A stretch of DNA of 32,000 bases from Thermococcus sp. EP1 (GTDB lineage: Archaea; Methanobacteriota_B; Thermococci; Thermococcales; Thermococcaceae). The stretch lies in contig NZ_JXCG01000008.1 in assembly GCF_001317345.1 (NCBI RefSeq), forward strand, positions 46,620-78,619. Reading direction: 5' to 3'. How positions within the stretch are numbered: position 1 is the stretch's first letter; each line of letters begins with the position of its first letter. Both the position numbers and the translations under genes were made by a program. Of the stretch, positions 9,476 through 20,299 are shown in pieces. The notes below the pieces were generated by a model. The model did no database searches. It saw nothing but the letters and a program-made list of their open reading frames with translations, and was not told the DNA's origin.

Positions 9476-10156
9476 ACCTAAAGCAAGTTTCACGGCTTTT
9501 TCAGCTATAACATCCATGGGGTCTATAAGAGGAATCTTAAAATCCTCTTGCCTTAAAGCTACACTTACTTCAGTACAACCAGCTATTAGGCCGTCACTTC
9601 TCTTCTCAAGTTTTTTAGCTACTTTGAGCATCTCACTCCTTCCCCATTCAATGTTTCCAGCTTTTATACCATCATAAATAGCATCCATTAGGGATTTTTG
9701 GTCTTTTTCATTAGGTACTGCGATTTTAATACCTCTACTTAAAAGAGCCTGATGGTAGACCATTCCCTTTATAGTGCCATCAGTTGCCAAGATGCCGACC
9801 TTTTTGAGTCCTAGATTTTTTATATATTCGGCTGTTTCCTCTACCATGTTTATGAAAGGAATATTAACAGCCTTTTGAATTTCTTCGGCAAAATAATGGG
9901 CCGTGTTACAGGGCATTATAATAAAATCTGCTCCCCAAGCCTCGAGTTTTTTAGCACTCTCTATAAGCTCTGGAAGAGGATTCTCTCCTTTAGCCAAGAT
10001 ATAAGCAGTCCTATCAGGAATTTTTGAATTATTATAAATTATTATCCTTGGATGGTCTTGATCTTTTTTTGCAGGAGTTTTCAGAACTATCCGTCTAAAG
10101 AGCTCAACTGTTGCAAGTGGGCCCATACCTCCCAATATACCAATAACTCTTTCCAT
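9470..10156 (-). CDS. Aspartate racemase (Asp/Glu/hydantoin racemase family)
   Basis: 'GILGGMGPLAT' plus the two catalytic-Cys motifs 'MPCNTAH' and 'GCTE'. The start is taken at ATG 10156 (MERVIGILGG). The longer ORF would overlap the upstream gene by 34 nt. Confidence 0.85.
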   Translation of the reverse strand: MERVIGILGGMGPLATVELFRRIVLKTPAKKDQDHPRIIIYNNSKIPDRTAYILAKGENPLPELIESAKKLEAWGADFIIMPCNTAHYFAEEIQKAVNIPFINMVEETAEYIKNLGLKKVGILATDGTIKGMVYHQALLSRGIKIAVPNEKDQKSLMDAIYDGIKAGNIEWGRSEMLKVAKKLEKRSDGLIAGCTEVSVALRQEDFKIPLIDPMDVIAEKAVKLALGL

Positions 10157-10161
10157 ACTTT

Positions 10162-10677
10162 TCACTTCACATATTTTATTTTTCCTTCTTTCCACTCCAC
10201 GTACCTGGCCATTATAAATAGCAAGTCACTCAACCGATTTAAGTATTTCATCACAGCATGTCCTATTCCATATTCTGACACAAGCTTTGCCACTTTTCTC
10301 TCTGCCCTTCTTGAGATTGTTCTGCAGATATCGAGCTTTGCACTTCCAATTGTGCTACCCGGTATTACAAACCCCTTGAGCTCGACTTCACTTTCGAATT
10401 TCTTAATAAGTTCTTCCAGACGAGCAATATCCTTTTCCCCAATTTTTTTGTATTCTCCTTTACTTCCAATATCTGCCATGAGTGAATAAAGTTCAATCTG
10501 AAGTTCTTCTAAGAGCTTTTTAAGGTCTTCATCCACGTAATGCTTTGCCTCTCCCAAGAATGAACTTAGCTCATCTATACTCCCGTTAGCCTCAATTATA
10601 GGTGAGAACTTAGCTACCCTTTCACCAGTGAAGATCCCCGTTATTCCATCATCCCCTGTTTTTGTCGTGATCGGCAT
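10162..10677 (-). CDS. ATP:cob(I)alamin adenosyltransferase, PduO/MMAB type
   Basis: The N-terminal 'TKTGDDGIT' motif and a length of 171 aa are typical of the PduO-type ATR domain. Confidence 0.85.
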   Translation of the reverse strand: MPITTKTGDDGITGIFTGERVAKFSPIIEANGSIDELSSFLGEAKHYVDEDLKKLLEELQIELYSLMADIGSKGEYKKIGEKDIARLEELIKKFESEVELKGFVIPGSTIGSAKLDICRTISRRAERKVAKLVSEYGIGHAVMKYLNRLSDLLFIMARYVEWKEGKIKYVK

Positions 10678-10801
10678 AATATCACCACTTCATGGTTCAC
10701 CGTTAATCCTTATCAGTTTTTCTCATCCCGATTCAACCTCTATCGAAACGAAACGATTTTATACTTCAGGAAAGTACTAATATATGCAGTAATCAGGGGT
10801 G

Positions 10802-12226
10802 ATGTGCATGCATGAGCTCGTTGAATTTGCGGTTGAGAAAGCCCAGGAACTTGGAGCCTCTTATGCTGAGGCAAGGTTTGAAGAAAAAGATGGAACAGAA
10901 CTGGTCATGAAGAATGGAAATCCTGAAGGTCTAGGGATTCTAGCTGAGAAAGGAATGGGAATAAGAGTCATAGTTAATGGAGGCATGGGATTTGCCTCTA
11001 CAAATGTTCTGACAAAAGAAAGTGTTCTTGAGGCTGTAAAAAAAGCTGTGAAGCTAGCAAAGGCTGCAGCAAAATTAAGGAACAAACCCATCCAATTCAG
11101 CGATGAAGATTTCCACCAAGTTTTTTATGAGGTTAAGATGAAAAAAGACTTTAGAGACATTAGTGCAGAAGAGAAAATGGAGTATTTAAAGCTCATCGAA
11201 GAAAAAGTAAGAGAAACCGGAATTAACGTCCCAATGCGGTTTCTGAGATATGGAGATTTCATGTGGCACAAGATCTTCATGAACAATGAAGGTGCATTTG
11301 TTGAGAGTCTCATCCCACGAGTCTCAGTCATGTATAACTTGGTCGTCTTTGAAGAAGGGCAGATGGAACAAGCTCCTTTCGTTCAAAGGGCCTTTTCTGG
11401 CGGACTTGAACTAATTGAGAAAGATCAACCGTGGGAATGGGCCGTGAAAGACGTCAAAGCCCTGCAAAACCTCATAAAAGAAGGTCAAAAACCACCTGAA
11501 GGAAAAGTTGATGTTGTGATAAGCCCAGAGGTAGCAGGAATAGCTGTTCACGAGAGTGTTGGCCATCCCTATGAACTGGACAGAATAATGGGAAGAGAAG
11601 CTGCTCAAGCGGGAGAAAGTTTCGTAAAGCCCTCAATGCTTGGGGAGAGAATTGGAAGTGATGTCGTGACAGTTATAGAAGACCCGACAGTTCCAAACAG
11701 TTGGGGATTCTATCTTTATGATGATGAAGGTGTTAAAGCAAGGCCTAGATATCTCATTAAAAATGGGATAATAAATGAGTTCTTAATGAACAGGGAGTAT
11801 GCTGCGTACCTTGGAATGAAGTCAAACGCATCAGCCAGGGCAATAAACTACAACCGCGAGCCTATAGTAAGAATGGCAAACACCTATCTCGCGCCAGGAG
11901 ATTACACCTTCGAAGAGCTGATCGAAGATATAAAGCTAGGCGTTTACATGGTAAGCTTTAACGAGTGGAACATAGATGACAGAAGATTCCAACAAAGGTA
12001 CATAGGAAGAGAAGCATACCTAATCGAGAACGGAGAGATAAAACACCCTGTAAGAAAGCCAATTCTTGAAATAACTACTAAAGGCCTTTGGAGCAGTGTT
12101 GATGCTGTTGGAAAAGACGTCGAATTCTATCCAGGCACATGTGGAAAAGGTGAACCGGGACAGGGGGTACCAGTGTGGATGGGAGGACCACATGCGAGAC
12201 TTAGGGAGGTAGTGCTGAGGAGGTGA
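10802..12226 (+). CDS. tldD: TldD-family metallopeptidase
   Basis: The zinc motif 'HESVGHPYELD' (HExxxH) is present, and the length and C-terminal 'GxC' region fit the family. The gene is followed by its PmbA partner. The start is ambiguous between GTG 10799, ATG 10802 and ATG 10808. Confidence 0.9.
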   Translation: MCMHELVEFAVEKAQELGASYAEARFEEKDGTELVMKNGNPEGLGILAEKGMGIRVIVNGGMGFASTNVLTKESVLEAVKKAVKLAKAAAKLRNKPIQFSDEDFHQVFYEVKMKKDFRDISAEEKMEYLKLIEEKVRETGINVPMRFLRYGDFMWHKIFMNNEGAFVESLIPRVSVMYNLVVFEEGQMEQAPFVQRAFSGGLELIEKDQPWEWAVKDVKALQNLIKEGQKPPEGKVDVVISPEVAGIAVHESVGHPYELDRIMGREAAQAGESFVKPSMLGERIGSDVVTVIEDPTVPNSWGFYLYDDEGVKARPRYLIKNGIINEFLMNREYAAYLGMKSNASARAINYNREPIVRMANTYLAPGDYTFEELIEDIKLGVYMVSFNEWNIDDRRFQQRYIGREAYLIENGEIKHPVRKPILEITTKGLWSSVDAVGKDVEFYPGTCGKGEPGQGVPVWMGGPHARLREVVLRR

Positions 12227-12231
12227 AAAAG

Positions 12232-13557
12232 ATGTTCGAAGTTAACGAATTAATCTTAAAAAGAGCAAAAGAACTCGGATTTGGAGATGTAGTGGTTTTA
12301 TCATATGAACAAAGCAGAAGACAGGTGAGATTTGCCAACAATGAAATAACAGTTGCAAAGAACTGGCATACTCAAAAGGTTGAACTCTTCGTCGAGTATC
12401 AAAAAAGATTGGCATCCACCACTTTAACTGCTTTAGATGAGTCCACGATAGATAAAGCTCTCCAGACTCTTCTGAAGAGTGTTAAAAATCTAGCACCTAA
12501 AGAAGACTACTATGGTATAGCAGAGGGGCCATTTAAGTATAAAGACATTCCTGGAACTTTTGATAAAGCTATAGTCGAACTAGATGAACCAAATGAGTAT
12601 GTAGAGGTTGCCATTAATGCTGCCCTTGAAGAAGGTGCCAAAAGGGTTGCAGGAGTACTTTACACTGATCACAACAAGCTCTATCTGAGCACCAGTAATG
12701 GAATAGAAGCATTTGACGAAGGAACCGGGATAGAGATAAGTGTTAGGGCATTCATAGGCGACGAAGAAAGCGGGCATGGGACAAACTCCGTAAGAATTCT
12801 CAAGAAGTTTGACCCAGAAAGTGCTGGAAGAAAAGCAGGAGAAATAGCCAAACTTGCTACCAATCCAATACAAGGCGAAGCAGGAACTTTTGACGTTATT
12901 TTTGACCCATTGGCCTTTGCTAACCTTCTCAGCTATATGAGCTTCATGACCTCCGCATTTGCCGTTGAAGCTGGTTTTAGCTTCTTAGTGGGCAAGTTGG
13001 GACAAAAAGTTGCAAATGAGAAAGTCAGTATCAAAGATGTCGGAGACATGCCAAATGCTTACGGAACGAGAAAATTCGATGATGAGGGGGTTCCCACAAG
13101 AGAAACAAAGATAATCGAGAATGGGATCTTAAAAACGTATCTCCTAAATACAAGCTTTGCAAGAAAGTACAAGACCGAGACTACAGCAAATGCTGGTTTA
13201 CTAATGCCCCAAGCATGGAATATTTATCTTGAACCAGGAGACTACTCAAAAGATGAAATATTTGGCGAAGTTAAGCACGGTATCTACATTACTAATGTGT
13301 GGTACACAAGATTCCAGAACTATGTTACAGGTGATTTCTCTACGATACCAAGAGATGGAGCATTTTTAATCGAGAATGGGGAGATAACTAAGCCCATAAG
13401 AAACATAAGGGTAAGTGACAACTTCCAGCATATATTGGAGAACATTGCAGCATTAGGAAAAGATCTCTATCATGTCCACTGGTGGGAAGTTGCTACTCCC
13501 GTGTTTACACCCTATGTTCTCGTGAAAAACGTAGGAATAACGAAAGCAACAAAATAA
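12232..13557 (+). CDS. pmbA: PmbA/TldE-family peptidase partner
   Basis: It is a TldD paralogue lacking HExxxH. GGAGGTGA lies 7 nt upstream of ATG 12232. The GTG at 12223 used by the ORF track overlaps the tldD stop. Confidence 0.85.
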   Translation: MFEVNELILKRAKELGFGDVVVLSYEQSRRQVRFANNEITVAKNWHTQKVELFVEYQKRLASTTLTALDESTIDKALQTLLKSVKNLAPKEDYYGIAEGPFKYKDIPGTFDKAIVELDEPNEYVEVAINAALEEGAKRVAGVLYTDHNKLYLSTSNGIEAFDEGTGIEISVRAFIGDEESGHGTNSVRILKKFDPESAGRKAGEIAKLATNPIQGEAGTFDVIFDPLAFANLLSYMSFMTSAFAVEAGFSFLVGKLGQKVANEKVSIKDVGDMPNAYGTRKFDDEGVPTRETKIIENGILKTYLLNTSFARKYKTETTANAGLLMPQAWNIYLEPGDYSKDEIFGEVKHGIYITNVWYTRFQNYVTGDFSTIPRDGAFLIENGEITKPIRNIRVSDNFQHILENIAALGKDLYHVHWWEVATPVFTPYVLVKNVGITKATK

Positions 13558-13560
13558 GGC

Positions 13561-13573
13561 TTTTTCTTTTTTT
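13561..13573 (+). terminator. Oligo-T terminator after pmbA
   Basis: TTTTTCTTTTTTT begins 4 nt after the TAA stop. Confidence 0.5.
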
Positions 13574-14048
13574 AAAATATTTTTACTACACCTAAGCTTG
13601 GAATTAAGGTTATTAAGATGCTCAAAAGCCCACCAATTACCAAAGCAGGGATTGCTTCTCTTTTTTCTATTCCAAACAGATATGCCGCTAGGCTCCCTGT
13701 CCATACTCCTGTTCCAGGAAGAGGGATTGCCACAAATACTACAAGGCCCAAAAAGCCCCATCTCTCCACATAGGGATGGGCTTTTCTCCTTACTCGCCCT
13801 ACATACCTCAAATAGAGCTCCGCAAATTTCCTCAAAGAGGTACCCTCAAGCTTAAGCATAACCCAATCTATAAACGGAAGTGCAATGGGGAGTACAAGAG
13901 AAAGAACTAAAATCCCAAGAGATGCCATTATCAAAGTGCCAGGAATAGAATAGCCCCTACCAATGCCATAAACTATTGCATATCTTCCCTCAAATGTTGG
14001 TATCAAAGAGAGCAAAAATATCTCAATTAAATTGTTCACTCTAAGCAC
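13572..14048 (-). CDS. Small integral membrane protein (small multidrug-export-like, COG2426-like)
   Basis: 158 aa with about 4 hydrophobic helices. The 'EGRYAIVYG' motif near the N-terminus resembles the Sm_multidrug_ex family. Confidence 0.55.
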   Translation of the reverse strand: MLRVNNLIEIFLLSLIPTFEGRYAIVYGIGRGYSIPGTLIMASLGILVLSLVLPIALPFIDWVMLKLEGTSLRKFAELYLRYVGRVRRKAHPYVERWGFLGLVVFVAIPLPGTGVWTGSLAAYLFGIEKREAIPALVIGGLLSILITLIPSLGVVKIF

Positions 14049-14072
14049 CGAATAGAATAAAATAGAAAGGGG

Positions 14073-15353
14073 TTAAAAATCTTGTCTTAAACCCGCTTTC
14101 TTGTTAACTTTTTTCCACCTCATACCATAGAAGAAAGGAAACTTGCCTGGGGTGATCTGCTTTTCCCATCTTTCTACAAGCTTTATCTCTTCTTCAAATG
14201 CCCACCTTGTTAATTCTTCCAAGTTCTCAGTGCTTCCTTCAAGTTGCTTCGCCTTTTCTATTATTGTTCTCTGCAGTTCATCCCCCTCTTTGGCAAATTC
14301 ACTTATATAAGCCCGATAATTGGTCTGAAATATTCTATGAAATCTCTCCATGCGCCACCAGTAATTTTTGGGATTATACCTATTATTGGGAGCCTCTCCC
14401 AAATCTGGAAGCCCTCCTTCAAAGACGACTGGCTTGAATATGCTTAAACATGGATTAGACGCTCCTGTAAACCAGTGAATGCTTAAATCTTCCCTAAGCT
14501 CTGAAATCTGAGATGATGCGGTTTGAGAGGGCCGTGTTAGACCCCCATAATGCATGCATATATCTCTCATAGAGCCCTTTTCGGGGGAGTATGGCTCAAC
14601 ATTGTGTGATCTCAAGATTTCCATTATATATTCAAGTGTTATTTCTCCCTTTCTTTCCTTGAGTTTTTGATATGTGAAAGCTCTTCTCTTCCTTCCGTAG
14701 GCAAAATGAGTATAGAACCTATCGGAAAAATGGCGGGCAAAGTTGAAGTTACCCTTTTTTGAGAGTTTTTCAACGCTGTCAGATGCTAGATCCCACTCGT
14801 CTTCAATCGTTAGGGCATTTGAAATAGAGTAAACATCCTCAATTCTCTTTGCAACCCAATTTTTGCCAGCAGTTTCAAGAACCCAAGCTTCTTTCGTATC
14901 TGCAATTATGAAAGAGTTGCTGTATACCATCTTATGTTCGTAACTCCCACTCCCTCCCTGACCATAATTCTCAATTATCTCAATTATAAAATTAAGAGCT
15001 TCTTTAGAGGTTTTTGTTCTCTCAAGTGCAAGTCTTATCATATCCATTCCCAGAATCCCTTTTTCTGAGAGTTGTTCTTTTGTAAAAACTGCTGTATTGC
15101 CTATAGCTAAACCAAACTCATTCACTCCCATTTCAGCTCCCCAAATCCACCAAGGTCGAGAGAGAATCACTGCATAAGTCTCTCTAACCTGAGGGAACTC
15201 AAGATAAGTTAGTCTTACCATTTCACTTTCGTGCTTTTGCCTTGGAATGTATTCCAAAATCTGAGCCTCATTTGGATCTCTATCACTGTTCTTAGCAAAC
15301 AGCATTATATTATCTCTAGTCACTTTAGGGGTCGCAACGAGAATATCACACAT
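14073..15353 (-). CDS. Ntn-hydrolase, peptidase C69 (secernin/dipeptidase-like)
   Basis: ATG 15353 gives 'MCDILVA...FAKNSDRDPNEAQ', with a nucleophile Cys directly after the Met and the C69/secernin 'KNSDR.P.E.Q' block. The longer ORF starts at a GTG 3 codons upstream. Confidence 0.75.
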   Translation of the reverse strand: MCDILVATPKVTRDNIMLFAKNSDRDPNEAQILEYIPRQKHESEMVRLTYLEFPQVRETYAVILSRPWWIWGAEMGVNEFGLAIGNTAVFTKEQLSEKGILGMDMIRLALERTKTSKEALNFIIEIIENYGQGGSGSYEHKMVYSNSFIIADTKEAWVLETAGKNWVAKRIEDVYSISNALTIEDEWDLASDSVEKLSKKGNFNFARHFSDRFYTHFAYGRKRRAFTYQKLKERKGEITLEYIMEILRSHNVEPYSPEKGSMRDICMHYGGLTRPSQTASSQISELREDLSIHWFTGASNPCLSIFKPVVFEGGLPDLGEAPNNRYNPKNYWWRMERFHRIFQTNYRAYISEFAKEGDELQRTIIEKAKQLEGSTENLEELTRWAFEEEIKLVERWEKQITPGKFPFFYGMRWKKVNKKAGLRQDF

Positions 15354-15415
15354 ATCAAACACCTAGAAAAGAATAACACGTAAGACCTTTTAATAATTGA
15401 GGAAAAAGAAAATGT

Positions 15416-15937
15416 TCAAAGCTCTTGACACCTTGTCGAGTCTAGGTATTCACCTTTTTCTTTATCCCAGTGAGAGTGATAGAACCACTCTGCGGCTTTG
15501 CAATACTCAAAGAGCTCCTCGTCCTTGAAATAGAGTGCTATTTCTCTCTTGGCAGTTTCTTCGCTATCAGAGGCATGGATAACATTGTATATTGCATCCC
15601 CTACATCAAGGCCATAATCACCTCTAATTGTTCCTGGTTCGGCGTCCTTTGGATCTGTTGCACCACACATCTTTCTTACCACGCTAATCGCGTATCTTCC
15701 TTCTACGACCATCACAACACTTGGAGCCTTTGTTATGTAGTCTATTAGTGGTTTAAAGAATGGCTTTCCCTTATGCTCCTCATAGTGCTTTTCGGCCAAT
15801 TCTCTATCAATGTGTATCATCTTCATCCCAATTATTTTAAGACCTCGCTTCTCAAATCTACTGATAATTTCACCTATAAGTCCTCTAACAACAGCATCAG
15901 GCTTTATGATTACCAGTGTTCTCTCCACTTTGTTCAT
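15416..15937 (-). CDS. ndk: Nucleoside diphosphate kinase
   Basis: '[12 protein letters not shown]', 'GLKIIGMK' and the active-site 'NVIHASDS' are present. The start is ATG 15937 (MNKVERT). The 91 upstream codons of the ORF-track entry overlap the gltX start and are hydrophobic and low-complexity. Confidence 0.92.
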   Translation of the reverse strand: MNKVERTLVIIKPDAVVRGLIGEIISRFEKRGLKIIGMKMIHIDRELAEKHYEEHKGKPFFKPLIDYITKAPSVVMVVEGRYAISVVRKMCGATDPKDAEPGTIRGDYGLDVGDAIYNVIHASDSEETAKREIALYFKDEELFEYCKAAEWFYHSHWDKEKGEYLDSTRCQEL

Positions 15938-16040
15938 TGGCAACACCAAAAACAATAAGTGTAGTGATTTAAAATTCTTTTTAATGAACCTCGCACAAGG
16001 TTTATAACTTAACCCTGCCTTCTCCCTATGGTGAAGAAAA

Positions 16041-17762
16041 ATGGAGATAAGGGAGACGATACTCAAATACGCGCTCATCAATGCTATCCAGCATGATGGA
16101 AAAGCCAATTCCAAAGCAGTTATAGGGAAACTACTTGGTGAGAACCCGGAACTAAGGCCAAAAGCCAGAGAAATAATTCCTCTTGTCAATGATATAGTCC
16201 AAGAAGTCAATTCTATGAGTATTGAGGATCAAAAAGCCAAGTTAAATGAAATTTATCCCGAATTCTTCGAAAAGAAGGAGGAGAAAAGGGAAGAAAAGAA
16301 AGGTCTTCCCCCCTTACCTAAGGCAGAAAAAGGAAAAGTCATCACAAGATTTGCCCCGAATCCTGATGGTGCATTTCATTTAGGAAATGCTAGAGCCGCA
16401 ATTCTAAGCCATGAATACGCTAGAATTTATGGTGGAAAATTTATCCTGAGATTTGATGATACTGACCCCAAAGTGAAAAGACCCGAGCCAATCTTTTACG
16501 ACTGGATTATTGAGGATCTAAAATGGTTAGGTTTCCAGATAGATGAAATCCACATGGCAAGTGACAGGCTGGAGATTTATTATTCATATGCGGAAAAACT
16601 GCTTGCGATGGGAAAAGCCTACGTATGCACATGCAAACCAGAGGATTTCAGGAAGCTTAGAGATGACGGAAAAGCATGCCCCCATAGAGACCTACCCCCA
16701 GAAATCCAGCTTCAAGAATGGAAGAAGATGCTCAATGGCGAGTATAAGGAAGGAGAGGCTGTCGTAAGAATAAAAACCGATCTAAGTCATCCAAATCCAG
16801 CGGTAAGAGATTGGCCAGCACTTAGAATTATTAATAATCCCAATCACCCAAGAACAGGAGACAAATACCATGTATGGCCCCTCTATAACTTCGCTTCTGC
16901 TATAGACGATCATGAGCTTGGTGTTACTCACATCTTCAGAGGGCAAGAACATGCTGAAAACGAGACAAAGCAGAGGTATGTATACGAGTATTTTGGATGG
17001 GAATATCCACAAACAGTTCACCATGGGAGGCTCTCAATTGAAGGAGTTATCTTAAGCAAGTCAAAAACAAGAAAAGGAATAGAAGAGGGCAAATACTTAG
17101 GATGGGATGATCCAAGACTCGGAACTATTAGAGCTCTAAAAAGAAGAGGTATCCAATCAGATGCTATTAGAGAACTAATAATTGAAGTAGGGCTCAAAAA
17201 GAGCGATACTACCATCAGTTGGGATAACTTAGCAGCAATAAACAGAAGACTAATCGAACCTATTGCCAACAGGTATTTCTTTGTTGCCGATCCAATACCA
17301 ATGGAGATTAAGGGTTACAACGAAGAGTTCATAGCAGAAGTACCTCTCCATCCCGACCATCCCGAGAGAGGTGTTAGAAAGCTTAAATTCACTCCTGGAA
17401 AACCAGTGTACGTATCAAAAGACGATCTCGAACTCCTCAAGAGCAACGAATATGTTAGACTTAAGGACCTCTTCAATGTAAAAATCCTGGAAGTTAGTGA
17501 AGAAAGAATTGTGGTGGAATTTGATAGTATTGAATACGAAAAAGCCAGAGAAAACAAGTGGAGAATGATCCACTGGGTTCCAGAAGGAAAACCATGTGAA
17601 GTTTTAATACCAGAAGGAGATGAACTCGTAGTTAGAAAAGGCCTGCTTGAAACCGATGCAGATCTAAAAGTTGACGACATAGTCCAGTTCGAGCGTTTTG
17701 GCTTTGTGAGAATAGATAAGATAGAGGGAGAAAAAGTAACAGCGATCTTTGCTCACAAGTGA
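16041..17762 (+). CDS. gltX: Glutamyl-tRNA synthetase (archaeal type)
   Basis: HIGH motif 'HLGNARAA', KMSKS-like 'ILSKSK', and a 573-aa length typical of archaeal GluRS. Confidence 0.93.
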   Translation: MEIRETILKYALINAIQHDGKANSKAVIGKLLGENPELRPKAREIIPLVNDIVQEVNSMSIEDQKAKLNEIYPEFFEKKEEKREEKKGLPPLPKAEKGKVITRFAPNPDGAFHLGNARAAILSHEYARIYGGKFILRFDDTDPKVKRPEPIFYDWIIEDLKWLGFQIDEIHMASDRLEIYYSYAEKLLAMGKAYVCTCKPEDFRKLRDDGKACPHRDLPPEIQLQEWKKMLNGEYKEGEAVVRIKTDLSHPNPAVRDWPALRIINNPNHPRTGDKYHVWPLYNFASAIDDHELGVTHIFRGQEHAENETKQRYVYEYFGWEYPQTVHHGRLSIEGVILSKSKTRKGIEEGKYLGWDDPRLGTIRALKRRGIQSDAIRELIIEVGLKKSDTTISWDNLAAINRRLIEPIANRYFFVADPIPMEIKGYNEEFIAEVPLHPDHPERGVRKLKFTPGKPVYVSKDDLELLKSNEYVRLKDLFNVKILEVSEERIVVEFDSIEYEKARENKWRMIHWVPEGKPCEVLIPEGDELVVRKGLLETDADLKVDDIVQFERFGFVRIDKIEGEKVTAIFAHK

Positions 17763-18364
17763 GCCTTTTCTTTTTTCCATCCCAGTACTCTTGACTGCAA
17801 ATGTCTCTTTGGGAAAATTGTAAGTGGGTCTATACCTTTCTCTCTTAAGAGATACCTGATTTCCACTTCATAGTCAGATTTTTCAAGCTTTTCACTCTCT
17901 TTGAGTTCAATTATGAAAAGTCTATCCGTAAGTTCTCTTATTGTCTTATATCCAAGGCCTAAAAGTGGCCGTATGTACTGAACGTTGAATCTATCCTCAA
18001 GACTTCTTGTTTTCCTCTGATCCAGTAATGGAACTCTATCATCTCTTCTAGTTCCATCACTTACTCTTTCTACGTCCTCACGTCTGGCAATCTCCTCCAA
18101 TGCCATTTCATGAATAAATTGGATGGCATTGTTTGGATGTTTATCATTGATACACATTTCAGTAGCTTTTTCAAGGATTTTTCTGTCTAAGAAAAACACC
18201 TCATGCTCAAACCCAAGGCTTTGTGCAGTTTCTCTAGCATATTTCCAGCTGTCAAGGAGTCCAAAATTAACAGTAACCAGTTTAACTTCATAACCCAGTC
18301 TTTTCAAAATATATGCCGCCAGTGAAGAGTCTTTCCCCCCACTGTAAAGATGGTAAACCTCCAT
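17753..18364 (-). CDS. PP-loop ATP pyrophosphatase family protein (adenine nucleotide alpha-hydrolase, COG2117-like)
   Basis: The PP-loop 'SGGKDS' is near the N-terminus. ATG 18364 is preceded by GGTGGT. The ORF track starts at TTG 18376. Confidence 0.7.
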   Translation of the reverse strand: MEVYHLYSGGKDSSLAAYILKRLGYEVKLVTVNFGLLDSWKYARETAQSLGFEHEVFFLDRKILEKATEMCINDKHPNNAIQFIHEMALEEIARREDVERVSDGTRRDDRVPLLDQRKTRSLEDRFNVQYIRPLLGLGYKTIRELTDRLFIIELKESEKLEKSDYEVEIRYLLREKGIDPLTIFPKRHLQSRVLGWKKEKAHL

Positions 18365-18384
18365 AAGTACCACCAAAAGAAAAA

Positions 18385-20178
18385 TTAAAGAGCACTCCAG
18401 AATGGGTCTTTCTGGGCCTTTACTTTTGCCGTCTTTTTCAAAGCTTTTATATCGGTGTCATCAAGTACATCTCTAAGTTCCTTCACTAGCCTTATTGCAT
18501 CATCTTTACTTATATCCACATAAAGGATTTCCCCTGGATGTATGTGTCTTCCCACCATGGCTCCCTCAATTGCCACAGCCACTTGATCTCCTTTCTTAGC
18601 CTCTTGGAGGAAATCTTCTTTGGACTTAATTGATTTTATTACTCCTACTCTATCTCCATTCTGCTTTATTAGCGGATATCCTGGCTTTATCCGTCCTTCA
18701 AGCACCTCTATTCCCACTATAGCTGGATGGCTTCTCCTAAAAACATACCGTTCATCGGGGAAGAGTTTAATAACACCAGGGAACTTGGTCTTTGCTAGAA
18801 CCTCTTTCTTTTTCTTCTCTTCCTCTGCCTTTACCCATGCTTCATAATCCTCTATTATCTTGTAAATTATGTTCCCTACAAAGAGAGGTATTTTTTTGGC
18901 ATTGGCGACTTCTTCCGCATCTTCATTAACTTTCACATTGAATCCAATAACCACACCATAGAATGGTTCCTCTTCTTTTACACTAAGAGCCTCCATAACA
19001 TCGGTTTTGCTGATGTTTCCTACATCAGCCTTTCTAATGGGGATATTCTTCTCATGAAGTTCTTTACTCAAAGCTTCCAAGCTTCCAATGGTGTCTGCTT
19101 TTACTATCACTCCTACTTTATCTGTGCTTATAATCACACTCTTTATTTGGTCAAGGATCTCTCCTTTAGCCCTTTCAAGTTCCTCCTCACTTCTCACAGC
19201 TATCACTGGAGACCCAGCAAGGGCATCTTCCAATCCAGGTGCTGCTATTTTGATACCTGCAGAAGCAGAAACCTCTTCAACCTGATCAAACCTGTATCTC
19301 GGATCTCTTATCTCATCAAGAGGCTTAGGTTTAAGAAGGGCCCTTATTTTTGTGACTATAGCCTTATCTTTGCCTCCCACAACAATCATATCGTCTTTCT
19401 TTAAAGTACCGTCATAAACTATCACATCTATTGTTGTTCCAAAGCCTATTTCCTCCCTAACTTCAAGTATAGTTCCTCTTGCAGGCCCCTCTACTTCTAT
19501 CTTGAGCTTCTCCTCAAGATACTTTTGAGCCAAACCGGAGATAAGTACAAGCAATTCAGGAATTCCAATACCATATTTAGCAGAGATTGGGATTATTGCG
19601 AGCTCCTTTCTGAAATCTTGGACACGGTCAAATCTATTGGCCTGAAAACCAATCTCATAGAACTTTCCTATTAATTCCCAAAGTTTGGTCTCAAGCTCTT
19701 GTTGTGCCCTCTGATCCTGTTTTTTAATATTGACTAAGAAAGGCTCATTTTCAGTTATTTTCCATCCTTTAATACGATCGATCTTATTTGCAGCTACAAC
19801 AAAGGGAGTCCTATACTTCCTCAAAATTTCTATACTCTCCAATGTTTGGGGCTGAAAGCCTTCGTTTACATCAACTATGAGAATTGCTAAATCCGCCAAG
19901 CTTCCTCCCCTTGCTCTAAGGCTTGTGAAGGCCTCATGACCAGGAGTATCTATAAAAAGTAATCCTGGAAGCTTAATCTCACCTTTCCAGAGGCTTAAAA
20001 GAGGGCCAGCAAGCTGTTTAACAACATCGATAGGAACTTCAGTAGCACCTATATGTTGGGTAATCCCACCCGCTTCTTTCTCCGCTACGCGGGTATTACG
20101 TATACGGTCAAGCATTGTCGTCTTTCCGTGATCAACATGTCCTAAAACAGCTATAATGGGTTGCCTGATCTTTTTCAT
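18385..20178 (-). CDS. infB: Translation initiation factor aIF5B (IF-2 homologue)
   Basis: GTPase motifs 'GHVDHGKTT', 'DTPGHEAF' and 'NKID' are present. The length is about 597 aa with no intein-sized insertion. The start is probably ATG 20178 (MKKIRQPIIAVLGH), with ATG 20193 as the alternative. Confidence 0.93.
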   Translation of the reverse strand: MKKIRQPIIAVLGHVDHGKTTMLDRIRNTRVAEKEAGGITQHIGATEVPIDVVKQLAGPLLSLWKGEIKLPGLLFIDTPGHEAFTSLRARGGSLADLAILIVDVNEGFQPQTLESIEILRKYRTPFVVAANKIDRIKGWKITENEPFLVNIKKQDQRAQQELETKLWELIGKFYEIGFQANRFDRVQDFRKELAIIPISAKYGIGIPELLVLISGLAQKYLEEKLKIEVEGPARGTILEVREEIGFGTTIDVIVYDGTLKKDDMIVVGGKDKAIVTKIRALLKPKPLDEIRDPRYRFDQVEEVSASAGIKIAAPGLEDALAGSPVIAVRSEEELERAKGEILDQIKSVIISTDKVGVIVKADTIGSLEALSKELHEKNIPIRKADVGNISKTDVMEALSVKEEEPFYGVVIGFNVKVNEDAEEVANAKKIPLFVGNIIYKIIEDYEAWVKAEEEKKKKEVLAKTKFPGVIKLFPDERYVFRRSHPAIVGIEVLEGRIKPGYPLIKQNGDRVGVIKSIKSKEDFLQEAKKGDQVAVAIEGAMVGRHIHPGEILYVDISKDDAIRLVKELRDVLDDTDIKALKKTAKVKAQKDPFWSAL

Positions 20179-20299
20179 ACTCTCACACTCCATAAAACTT
20201 TTGATAAGCGTTATCGGGATTAACTAAAACCTCTACTTTTTAAAGGTTTAGGAGAGTTAATCTTAAAAATCCCAATGCTTACTACATTTAGTGGTTATC

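Noticed and set aside
15938-16210. 91-codon N-terminal extension of the ndk ORF (ORF-track entry 15416-16210).
   Set aside because: The extension overlaps the gltX start and the divergent promoter region, is hydrophobic and low-complexity, and the conserved Ndk N-terminus '[14 protein letters not shown]' begins at ATG 15937.
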